Assembly: GCF_963853765.1 (NCBI RefSeq)
Contig: NC_088858.1
Span: 40,238,001 to 40,302,000, forward strand
Length of the DNA: 64,000 nt
Source of the DNA: Magallana gigas
Lineage: Eukaryota
Direction: 5' to 3'
Below are positions 25,574-43,200 of the stretch, piece after piece. The translations under genes were made by a program, and so were the position numbers. A model generated the notes under the pieces. That model was not told the DNA's origin, ran no database searches, and saw only the letters and a list, made by a program, of their open reading frames with translations. How positions within the stretch are numbered: position 1 is the stretch's first letter; each line of letters starts with the position of its first letter.

Positions 25574-27391
25574 ATTACATGTATACCTGCTAAACAGTAT
25601 GAAAAATTTATCAAACACAGGATCATAGTGAAAATTGTCAGATCAATACTATTTATACAAAATAATTAACATTGTTAGTATCTGGTAAAACTTGGTCAAT
25701 AGAAATGAAATGCAGTAATTTAAAAAATGATGATGTACCGGTGCATGTAATAAAGGTGTTGGCTACTTGACAAAATTCAACACTGCTTGAATTTACTTGA
25801 TACCAGTACTCTAAAGAGCATTGCAATATTTACTCAAGATAAGCCATCAAATGCATAAAAATCTAGTTAATCTGCTTGTCATTATAATAAATGTATTTAC
25901 ACAATTCCAGTGCTGTGAAACATAAATTACTCACTAAAAAATACCGTAATTTTTACTTTGAGTAACGTATAAATGTCATAATTTATAATATGGTATTTAA
26001 GTTATAGCAAATTGAGAATGAAGGTCAAATTAACCTACTCTTTAAGTTGACACATGCACTCAAGGTTCAAAAATCAAACAATTGACAATATTTGACGATT
26101 TTAAGCATTCTCATTAAAAAAAACTATAAATACTTCGAAAATAAACAATCAAATAAAAAAGGAATTATTTGTAACATTCTTTTAATTGTTAGACCTAGCG
26201 ATCCTAAGATGCATCAACTGACAAAGTTTAATGAGGATCCTAGGCCTCATCTTGCCTAAGACATGCATTAAAAACAACTTGAAGAAAAGCTGCACAATAC
26301 AAAAGAAATGGGTCATTGACCTATAGTACTATTGGACCAACTTATCCTCAAGTCCCAAGAAGTATCTACTGACAGGATTTGATGATCCTCGTCCATATAC
26401 AGTAGAGGGAAAAATATTAGAGATTTAACAAAAACCATTTAAAATCATTTTTGAATTGACCTTGATAACAGTCCCCTTGCCATACGGTGATGCCATCATC
26501 ATTTTTGTAAGTTTAGTGTTTTCAAGATTTGATGTTTTTCAAGATTTTTTTTCTCTCTAATCATGTACCTTTATTTATACTTTAAATTGGCCAAGGGTTC
26601 TTGAGATATGACCCACATTTGAACAAGAGGCCCAGGGGCCACATCGCTCACCTGAGCAACAATAGCCTTAATTAACTGATCAAATTAGCATTACAGTATC
26701 AAAATCAAAATATCTTGACAACTAAGTACAGTAGATCTTGCTTTAAAACCATTTAAAATATGCCAATTTTTATCCACATATTACCAAGCCCCTTTTGTTG
26801 TTGTACCTGTAAGAAGATTGTTCTCTATTCCTATATACCCCCCCCCCCCCCCCCCCCCCCATTCTGTGGCCCCACTTTCCTTTAAGGAATCATGGTTTCA
26901 TCAAATATTTATCTGCACAACCTGTGCTTTCACACAAGTTACTGCTTTTTGGACTGAAAACTTTTCCATAATATTTTCAAAGATTCTCTCTATAAATTCC
27001 TATATAAAAATTCATCCAGCCATTGTGGCCCCACCCTACCCCCAGGTACTATGATTTAGCAAACTTGAATCTATACTATCTGAGGATGCCTCTACACAAG
27101 TATAAGCTTTTTTTGGCCTAAAAGTTTTTAAAAAGATTTTCAAGATTTTCTCTATATATTCCTATGTAAAAATTCATCCCCCACTGTGGCCTCACCCTAC
27201 TCCTGGGGACTATGACTTAAACAAACTTGAATCGATACTATCTGAGGATGCATCCACTCAAATTTAGGCTTTCCTGGCATAATAGTTTTTGAGAAGAAAA
27301 TTTTCAAAGATTTTCTCTATACCAGTATATTCCTTTGTAATAATTTATCCCCCCATCGGGTCCTGTCCTACCCCCAGGAACCATGATTTAA

Positions 27392-28197
27392 CGAGGCCGA
27401 GTACAGAACGAGTATGCACGCTTTCGCGCAGCGTTTCATTTGTATTGTGACGTCATCTTTTTGCTTTGTTGACGCCATGGCCTGATAGTTTCAACTGAAG
27501 ATATTCAGCGAAATTTGTTGAAAATAGCTCGTTTGATGCGTAAAATTGATATTATATTGTGGAATAAACATAAATGTCTCGAATTATAAGGTATATTTGT
27601 GCTCGGGTCGAAAAAGTGAAGAGGGTTCAGCAAGCCTAACCCTCTGTCACGTTTTCTTAACCCGCCTAAATATCGCTTAATTCATTTATTTCAAGATATT
27701 AACCATGTATTTTATATTAATTACCCTTAATATGTGATGTTATATATTTATTTATTACTTAAATATGTCTTAATGTTTTAATAATACAATAAAGATCACC
27801 ATTTCCGTCTTTGTCAAATAAAAAATAGCCATTATCTGACAATCTGGGAAATTGGGCGTACAAAAAATAACTTTGATAAAACCCCCGGAACAAACCAGAA
27901 GGTAAAAGGTTTTTTTTATTTGACAATTTGATGCCTTTTAGCAATAACTTTAATATGTAGAACAGAAAAAGAAATCCCTAGGGCAGAAGTTTAAAAAATG
28001 TGCAAATTTGGTACATTTCAAGCAAAATCCCATAGGGTCCTATGTTAAAAATTAACAAACTTTGAGATGACCCCTTAAACAAACGGTATGGTAAATGTCT
28101 TATTTTTTTATCTTAAAATAATAATTATATCAGTAGAAATTCTTGTAAAAAATTTCATTCAAAAATCTAGGGCAGAAAAAAATTAGACCTGGCCTCG
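27392..28197. mobile_element. Nested DNA-transposon-like insertion with CGAGGCC termini and TTAA TSD
   Basis: TTAA-CGAGGCC ... GGCCTCG-TTAA. Removing it restores the host unit ccatgatttaaacaaatttgaatcc. Confidence 0.75.
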
Positions 28198-28723
28198 TTA
28201 AACAAATTTGAATCCACACTATCTGAGGATGCCTCCACGCCAATTTGAGCTTTCCTGGCCTTATAGTTTTTAAAAGAAGATTTAAAAAAATTTTCTCTAT
28301 ATATTCCTATATAAAAATTTATTCCCCCATTGTCCTGATAGTTTTTGAGAAGAACATTTCTAAAGATTTAAAGATTTTCTCTATATATTCCTATAGTTTA
28401 AGCTTTTTTGGCCAAATAATTTTTGAGAAGAAGGTTTTTAAAAATCTTCTCTACACAATCCTATGTAAAAATCCATTCCCCCATTGTGGCCCCACCATAC
28501 CCCTGGGGACCATGATTTGAACAAACTAGAATCTACACTACCTGAGGATGCTTCCACATAAATTTCTCAAATAGTATTTGAGAAGAAGATTTTTAAAAAA
28601 TACCAACAAATTTTCAATAATTCTAAATTACAAATGTATCTCCTCTTGTGCGTGACCCTTCATTTGAACTAACTTGAATCACCTTTGCTAAGTGATGCTT
28701 TGTGCCAAGTTTGGTTGAAATCT

Positions 28724-28768
<45 letters not shown>

Positions 28769-28783
28769 CCAATGACAACGCTA

Positions 28784-29572
28784 GCTGCAATAATGTAGCC
28801 CTCTCCCGATTTTTTTTTTTTTGGGAGAGGGCTACAACCCCATAGTATCTCCGTATGGTGCAAGTGCGGGAGTGATTCACTCCCGCATCAATTTCGTCTC
28901 AAATCATATATAAATGACAATAACATTTGCATTTTTTACCTGAACTCAAACGTTGTAGATGTCTATGGCATAAATTAATCCAAAAATATCAAGTATAGTC
29001 CATATATCGGTTATTTTTCGTGTATGTCAACATCGCAAGTTGAATTTGTCCGCCATGTTTAATGACCTTGACCGGTTTTATTTTTTCATTGGGACAGCCA
29101 ATGAGAATTCAGGAGCGGATCTTGAACTGAATAAAGGAATTCCCCTATTTTAAACATTATTAACGCGGTAAATACGAATTTTCCAATATATAACATTTCC
29201 TTAAATGATGTTTTAGTGATAGAACAAGGTAAGGTCGATTATTTACACTGACATTCACTTTATCAAGCCAATGAAATCTCCAAACGTAAATCCCATAAAA
29301 TCACGCGAGAGCTGTCATGGCTGCTGAAAAAGATGACTGGTAAACATGCTGATGTGTTCTATCTGGTTTTGATTTATATACGGTTAGTTTGTTCAACCAG
29401 AATTAAAAAATCATTTTATCTAAAGGAAGTCAAATATAAAATCGATCTTTTCAGACCGAAGTCAGCCGTATTAAAAAATTAATTTTGCACCATTACGGAG
29501 ATCCTGTGGAATTGTAGCCCTCTCCAGTAAACATCAGATATAAAAAATCGGAGAGGGCTACATTATTGCAGC
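28784..29572. mobile_element. Nested MITE with long imperfect TIRs and TA TSD
   Basis: TA-GCTGCAATAATGTAGCCCTCTCC ... GGAGAGGGCTACATTATTGCAGC-TA, with similarity extending about 85-100 bp. Each end contains its own TAGCCCTCTCC/GGAGAGGGCTA hairpin. Inserted into the host (GACAAC)n tract. Confidence 0.88.
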
Positions 29573-29627
29573 TATGACAACGCCAACACCAACGCCAACG
29601 ACGACAGACAATGGACAAATTTTGATT

Positions 29628-29667
<40 letters not shown>

Positions 29668-30349
29668 GCTTCAAGATACTAGTACCACACATTCTTGAGC
29701 CTTCCAAAGAGCAAATTGAACTCTGATAACGTTATACATATCTTGACAAAGACTTAAAAACAATTTTTGGTACAGCTGTACAATTCTTTGTGTAATGTGG
29801 TACCTAGAAAGTAGAAACACTGATATAAAATCTTGTTACACTCCTGCCATTTAGAGTACTGACAAGTTTAAAACAACACAGAGTCATACATCAAATATAC
29901 TGCATGCCTCTAGAGGAGATAAGAAACACTGTTACAGAAATATGCCAATAAACTTAACACAAAACATCCTGGGAGATCATTCCAGGTTTCAAATTATCTC
30001 TGATAAATACACACTGACAACTAAAAACTGCAAATAAATTACCAGCTTGATGCAATGAATAACAGCTATCAAAAGTAGAGCATATTCACTGGAAAAGTCT
30101 ATTTAAAACTTAGCAACTAAAGTATGTGCAAGGACAAATATATATCGGTAGTTGCATAATGTTACATGTACCAGTACATGTTTTATGCATGTAAATCTTA
30201 ACTCGAATCATGCATAAAAAACTTCCATATATGTCACGAAATTCAAAAACCACATTTTAATATCAAAATCAGCAATAAAAAATAAGCCATTTGTGATATT
30301 TCAACTAGAACATGTATTTCAATTCATTCATTTACAAAACAATCTACTT

Positions 30350-35728
<5,379 letters not shown>

Positions 35729-35959
35729 GACTTTAATGTAACAAGAAGATAGTAAAAGGACTATGAGTTACTATTGTAAAATAATTGATTTATCCAGATT
35801 TTGGCTATAAATACAGGAACTATATCGTTTGTAAAAGCACGCGGAATCATATCCTTTGTATGTTCTCGGTGCGTGATAAATTTAGAATCAAAACAAAATT
35901 AGCATATGGGCTTGTTACTTAGATTGGAGGTGTAAAAGTGACAGAAGAACTTGTAGTAA
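35729..35959. promoter_or_regulatory. Very compact bidirectional promoter/5' UTR region between NDUFAF7 and ERO1
   Basis: Only 231 bp separate the divergent start codons (35728 on -, 35960 on +). Depends on the inferred NDUFAF7 first exon. Confidence 0.6.
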
Positions 35960-37165
35960 ATGACTTCTTTACTGTTAAAGTGTTTTGTGTTGCTTGCCAT
36001 TTCTTTGCTGTTAGATGCAAAAAATGGAAGCAAAAGTCAACCAAGTGCATGCTTCTGCAAGGTAAGAGTTTCCATTTCGAATTATCTCTATATTTTTTAA
36101 ACCTCTCAACTTTTATGGATTTACAGTTTTTAACCTGCTGATGACTATAGCTTTATGAGAAACAGTTTAAGATACACTAATTTGATTTTTGTCCTGTTAC
36201 ATTGTCTCGTGTTTCTAAATTTTTAATCAATAAGCACCATACTCTGCAATGCCTCCGGGCTCCAAACACACCGATACCGGTATTTGTTTATATAACATTT
36301 ATGTAAAGTAACTGTTGTTGAATATTAAATATTAGACACTGTGCTCATATAACAAGCAATATGAGGGCCTCATCCCCTTCACGGTGACTATAGTACTGCT
36401 CTTTTGCAGGGCAAAATGACATAGTTTGGTGAAATATGATGTAACGCAAATTCATTTAATTATCTAATTACTAAAACTTGGCAAAGTATATAATTTTGCC
36501 CTGCAAGAGAGTAGTACCATGGTTATCATGAAGTGGTATATAAATGTGCCTGTGGTTTCTGTATATGAACATTTAGGGTTTTGATTAATTAAATTTGATG
36601 GCTTTTAAGACCAGAATTCTACATATAACTTTGAATTCAAAGACCGGTATCTATGAGTGTCGTTATTTTCAAACAGTTTCAAAATATTAGTGATCTGGCT
36701 ATATGTGCTCAGATTTCATATCTTTCAAACTGGCCCTTTATTTTATAGAAAAGAATCCATAAATTATAGTCGTAACAAGGAAGGAAAAAGTTGAATAGCA
36801 TCTTACAAAGAGATGACATGATACTGGTTCACATCTTCTATGTATTGCAGTTCAGTGCATTCATGGAAATAGATGTGGATTTGTAACATTTGTTAGTAAA
36901 AGAGCCCTCGGCAATGTCGGCATTGTTGATGGCTCAGTAATGAACAATATGTTTTTTCAATGGTGTACACATAGACATACAGAGATGACTGTATCTTGTG
37001 AGATTGTGAAAATGTAATATTGAACATGGTATTATAAGATTGATCTTTAGTTTTACTTGTTTATATTTGTTTTTGTGGATTAGACTGCCTAAAAATTTGT
37101 CTGTAATTTTTTTAGGATATGTAAGGAAAAATGTGCATGCATGTAACATGAAATACATATATGAT

Positions 37166-37231
<66 letters not shown>

Positions 37232-40200
37232 TTTCAGCAGTTATTACAATAAATAAATGTATGATAAGATATTGTACTCATATTGATAGATTATCCTAGA
37301 CAATGTAAAGTTACTATATGTTCATCATGTAAAATTGCAATCATGTCTGATTATTTATTGAATTCGTAGAAACAGATAAAGCTTTTAACAGCTGATTGAA
37401 TTCATTCAAATTTCCATGTGGGAAACATCTGCTATTCACCTGACAGTGCTATGTTCGATAAAATTGGCAGACAGAACGATTTATTATGTGTACTTGGTGC
37501 TATATATTGACTTAATGACTTCACCATATGTATAATTTATCAACTTCAAATCAAATTGCACTGATGGCACAGTCACAGTATCAAATATAAATAGATTTGA
37601 AAAGATTGTAGCCATTGAACATAAACAGGAAAGCTTTGAATTATCGTTGATTTTGTTAAGATTAAAAATAGGAGTGGGCATCAAGAAAATTGGATTTTGC
37701 AAAATCAAAGTGCAGTTTATAATGCATGTATAAACAAGTTGCTGTCCTTAAACTAATTAAAAAAGACTGCAATATGGAAATATGAAAACCTTAAAATTAT
37801 CACAGATTCCACCGACTCTAGCCCCCCTACTTTGATATGAAGACATCTACAGAGCTCGAGGAGATCTCTAATTGCAAAAGTGATATGATGCATATCATAT
37901 TAGTAGCAAGCCTGGATTTAGTGCCTTTACCCACTAAATGTGTGCATTGTATTACATAGAGCACTGACCTTTCACTTCAGAATTAAATATAATTATGAAC
38001 TAATCTAAAATAATGAAGATTGCATGTATAGTATCAGACATTCGGAGAATTCACTGTTTGCACACATATTACACAATCACTTCACAATACTTTGTTAGCT
38101 ATACACCTTCTGTAAATTGATTTTGAATCATATTTTGATGCATTTTTCTTGAAATGTAAACTTTATCCAGAGAAAATTATATAAAGTTACTTACAGGTAA
38201 TTAATTAATCATGCTTAAATGCTTAAAAATTTTACTCAGTAAGTATAAAAGCCCCGTCTACTAAAAATATAGGTAAGCTATTATGAAAAACAACCAAGCA
38301 TCACGATTTATGCTATTTGATGCATGTTGCAGTTTCATTATAACTTTAACATATTCCATGATTCTGTCAGTTCATATCACATGCCGATCATTTTTTTTAA
38401 AGAAATACTTCTTTTTCTGTACTGTTCACCAACAATTTTACAATTATAGCTCCTTAGAACATATGCATATGGCATGGAATCCCAATCCCGATTCAGATAA
38501 ACGTTAGCTAGCCTGGTTCCCTTAGCTACCCATGATATTGCGCAAGTACCAGGCTAGCTCATGTGCAAGCTGAATTTTCCTCATAGCATCCGGTTAAACT
38601 TTGAGGTCTACGCAGAAAGTACTCTTTTGTATGATTTTTGTTTGTTTACGCATTTTATGATCTTGTTCACAGACATTTGTTAAATATGGGCAAAATCAAA
38701 TGTAGCTGCAAAAATGTCCTCTCCTGATTTTTAAAATTTTTTTTGGGGGGGGAGGGGGGCGAGAAGGAGAGAAAACATTATTTCAAATTTTGAATCTTTT
38801 GGCAATGCTACTAATAAAACCCACTAATATTAAAGTTCCTAACATCCTCAGAGCTGAGGTCTACTGATTTACTGTGTAGAGCTGTACTTGTAGCTTCAGG
38901 GAGAGGTGGATGACTGTTCCTGTAAAGTAGAGAACCTGGACTCCCTCAACAACAGAAAGGTCTATCCCGTCCTGAAGAGCCTGCTACAGAGGGACTACTT
39001 TCGATACTTTAAGGTAATCTACAAATTATTTCTCTTTGGATGGGAGAGGGTAAAAGGGGTCACTTTTGTTGTTATTATGCCAAAAAAGGGATTAATAAAA
39101 AGAAATATGCTTGGGAGATACTTCTGTGTTAGTTTACAATATTTCATATTGGTATTTATCCAGAATAATGAGACACATTGTAGTCTGTAACAATTACTTT
39201 TATTCAGTTTGGTTAAATTATTCTATAAAATATATTCTGTATTTTGATGAACTTGAATATAAATGGCACACATGTCTGTTGTAAATGTCAATTCTATATT
39301 GAATTCATAATTACATGTACATGAATTCAGATGATATGGCTGTTCATATTTTTTAAAAAAACTCCATTAGGAATAATTCAAGGTCTAGAACTTTTCAGGG
39401 TCATGTCTGCAATTATATTGTATTGTCAATACTTGAAACCATTAGAAGTTAGATTAATAAGCATCAGAGGAAGAGGTCCTTAATTGATACAAGTATGTGT
39501 ACTTGTGATAAAAGTCTGAGAGTCACCGAGACCTCCAAACACAATGTTCCTCATGTAAAAAAGTGTGGCAATCTAGATTCTGACCACAGACTTTGTTCTT
39601 TTATTACATGAAGCTCGTATATCTAATTTAAGAAAGATCTTTGACATTAGTTTATTTGGACACAGACTTATTTTCATTGTACATTTTTTTTCGGAGACTA
39701 ATAAATCATTTGTAATACTGAAAAATTATTAGATTTCATGGTGGCTCAATTTTTGTGGAATTCGTGGGTACCTCTCATCCTTTAATTAAGATCCTCCACG
39801 AAATAATAAATGAGGGTAATGAAGTAAAATTTTTGTTGGTACAAGAGAATACACAAAGTTACATCCCCACAAACATATAAGATTTAAGCAATCCATGAAA
39901 GTTGGCCCTCACAAATTGCAATGATTCCAGTATGCTGATTTATGCAAACATGACACTCGACATGAAATGACTTTGAAATTTAACAAATAATTCTATTAGC
40001 AATTCAATTTCCAAATTTGAACAAGACATATAAAAATTTATTTAGTACATGTAATTGACATAGATCGGTAATTCCCATCCACAGCAAGGTTGGTGTGAAG
40101 AAATCCAAAATATCTAGGTATTATAGTTTGTCACAAAAATAAATTTGTATTTGATTTCAGATTAGTGTGTACCATACACATGTATAAACTTTTAATGTGT

Positions 40201-43200
40201 GTCTGCTTTGAATATGTTTTTAGGTGAATTTGATGAAACCCTGTCCATTTTGGTCGGACGACAGTCGCTGTGCTCTGAAGGACTGCCATGTTCAGTCTTG
40301 TACAGAGGTAAAAATAAAACGAAAAAGAAAATCATGTAAACGGGCATGTATGGAAAATATTGTACATGAATAAACAGGAAATATTTTTTTTTTTTAAACT
40401 AAACAAATCGATAACGATATTTATTTCATTCCCATTAGTCTTTTAAAAAAACATGCATTGTTTGTAGGCATTGCCTCAAACAAGTTATTTTCCTGGATTA
40501 AGGCTTTGTAGAAATCTATGCATAATATGCAAACTTAATTTTGAAGGTATTCCAGTGGAAGCAATTTTTTTAAATGGTGAAAAGATTATTGATTTTGTCT
40601 TGAAATACAGTATTACAATGTAATAGTAAATGAGTTTTCCTAGACTAATCAACTAACCCTGATAAGGCTGTAGGCAATGGAAATGTGTTGTATGATAGAT
40701 TAGAAGATTTGTTTTGAATGTATTTTTTTTTTTTACATTTAAATCTTGAAAACATGGTTGAGTTTATTTTTTTTACATTTCTTAAGAATCTGTGAATGCA
40801 TAGTACCTTTATGAAATGCAAATACATGTACATAGTCAATTATGTATTTTAAAAAAACTTGTCTACTTTTAAGTACAAATTTAATGTGCATGGTATCCAT
40901 GGTATCAGCAATGTAAATTTTATTTATTACAGCACAACCTTCATGATTGCTAGTAATATTCATCTTAATAGATCTATATACATGTATTAGATAGCTACTC
41001 CATCAAATCATGTGCTTGAATGCTGTTGCCATAAGCTACAATATACTTATACATTATTTTAATTAAAATTTTGATGGGTGCTATAGCACTTGTAAAGAAA
41101 ATCAATTTTGATGGTATGTGTTTATTTTCCAGGATCAAGTACCTGAGGGTTTGAAGGGAAATAAAAATGAAAGGGAACCCAACAAGGTGACACTTATTAC
41201 CTGTACATACTTAATATACGTTTGTGATTCCAAGTGATTCAAATTAACAAACAATATACATATACCCAAATATGCATACATGTACACTCAGGTAAACAAC
41301 ATCCTGAAATATGCATACAAATCAGTTTATAAACAACATCCTAAAACGTGCATGCAAGTACAACTCCAGTTAAACAACTTCTTGATACAAATTTTATTAG
41401 TCAAATTTACCAGTACATGTATAATGTTGCAATGTTGTTTTATGTCCATGAAACCAAAGAAAAAAAAGCAGCAAAACAATAGACTGTAGCAAATGAAGAC
41501 TGTATGGTATATAGAGTGCATAAACAATTCTTGTCTTATAACAATTTCTAAAATTCTGTATGACAGTACTCTAAGGAAGCTCAGAAAGAGGAGCCGAACT
41601 GTAATGAGGAGAGAGAGCTGGGGGCTCTAGACAGAACCATCAGGTAGGGTGTGACCTTGTGTGCCATATGTTTCATACCAATTTATGAGAAGGGATTAGG
41701 AATTAGGGGAGGGGTGGGGGATTTATCTGGCAATATTCACAATATCCAGTGTCTTTGTGATAACACTACGAATCAAAGTAAATTTTGTTTATTACAGCAC
41801 AACTTTTATGATTGCTAGTAATATTTATCTTAATAGTTCTATATATTAGATAGCTACTCCATCAAATCATGTGCTTGAATGCTGTTGCCTTAAGCAACAA
41901 CATACTTATACATGATTTTAATTAAAACATATATAGTTCAATAATTTCATCATTGATGCATGCTTTTTTTTTAGCCATATTCAACATGTGTTGCTTATTA
42001 TTCAAGATGACAGTATAATGATGAAAAATGACCGCAATGATCACCTCATTATACTCAAAGAATGATTCCTTATAAGTTATTCCTTAAATCCTATTAAGTG
42101 GGATATACAAGAATTGCTGTGTAATCTCTGCTTGAATTTGCTTCCAGTGCAGAGAGCATGGAGGCCTTTAAGAACTGGACCCAACACGATGACAAGCAGG
42201 AAACCTTTTGTGAAATAGATGGTAAGATTCATTCATTTGCATTCAAAGATTGCTTAATGCATTTTTATTTTGGCTGTCCATCTCAGTGTAGTCTTTGCTT
42301 TGGCATATTTTTAGCATTTGTACATGTATTAATTTTTTAATGTGTTCATTACATGATGAAAAGGTAAAGGGCAATGTGTTCTAGTCTATAGACTCTTGCT
42401 CTTCTGTTCATTGGACAAATGTGTTGCTGTTAGTCAGGTGATAAGATTCGTCCATTGATTCTGCAATGGAAACTGATCTGTTTTGTACTGCGCCGTGATT
42501 CATTTTGTTCTGTTTGACAACCCAATCTATATTGCACCTTTCTTTCAGATGAATACACCCCAGATTGTCAGTATGTGGATCTGCTGTTGAACCCAGAGAG
42601 ATACACTGGCTATAAAGGAGCATCCCCTCACCGAATCTGGAAGAGTATATATGAGGAAAACTGCTTCAAGTAGGTGTTCTTTAAAATCTTCTTTGTATCA
42701 TGACTATATGTTCATTTTTTTTTTTTTTTACAAAAAAATGTGTGAAGTGTCTATTATAGCTCTACTGTTTATTTTCAACAGACCAGAAAAATTGGTATAT
42801 GGATCTAAGAAAAGTCTAGCAGGTAATGTGAATGCTTTATTATCTTGTTTACACACATATAGAAGCCAATGAATCACTATTTTATGATGTGAATATGTTT
42901 TTAATTGCATAATTAAATTTATGTGGGCAGACGTTTGAATTGAGAATATATAAATAATTTGGCTAGAACTTTATTTTTGCTAGATGTACCACTTTTTGTT
43001 CAAGATATTTTCCGAGGTTTGTTCAGCACGTGAACAATGTTCTGGTTCAATGCACTTTCTATCCATTCATTGGCATTAGGGGCAACTTATGTGAAAAAGG
43101 TTGCACTTCAAATATTTTGATTTATATTTCTTATTTTATGTATTCATGTCTAGTTTTTCAAGGATATGGTAATATCAAGATAATTCACCTAAAGAAACCG

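Larger units (their letters stand above)
26622..29667 (+). mobile_element. Non-autonomous Helentron/HINE element with internal ~165-170-bp satellite-like repeats, interrupted by nested insertions
   Basis: 5' AACAAGAGGCCCAGGGGCCACATCGCTCACCTGAGC, subterminal inverted repeat GCTCAGGTGAGC at 29651-29662, 3' hairpin gctcacttgagc-tttca-gctcaggtgagc, and a (GACAAC)n-type microsatellite. Repeat units (ccccattgtggccccacc...atctacact.tctgaggatgc) recur at about 27020, 27180, 27350 and 28480. Resembles recalled oyster Helitron-N2/Cg170-type elements (not searched). Confidence 0.85.

Noticed and set aside
25950-26600. Additional transposon relics (also about 48180-49000, 58370-58900 and 61500-62600)
   Set aside because: They look repeat-derived, but I could not define ends, TSDs or family, so no feature is reported.
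26837-26860. Long C and G homopolymers (also about 48754-48768) as regulatory G-quadruplex elements
   Set aside because: Simple homopolymer expansions within repeats, with length unreliable in assemblies.
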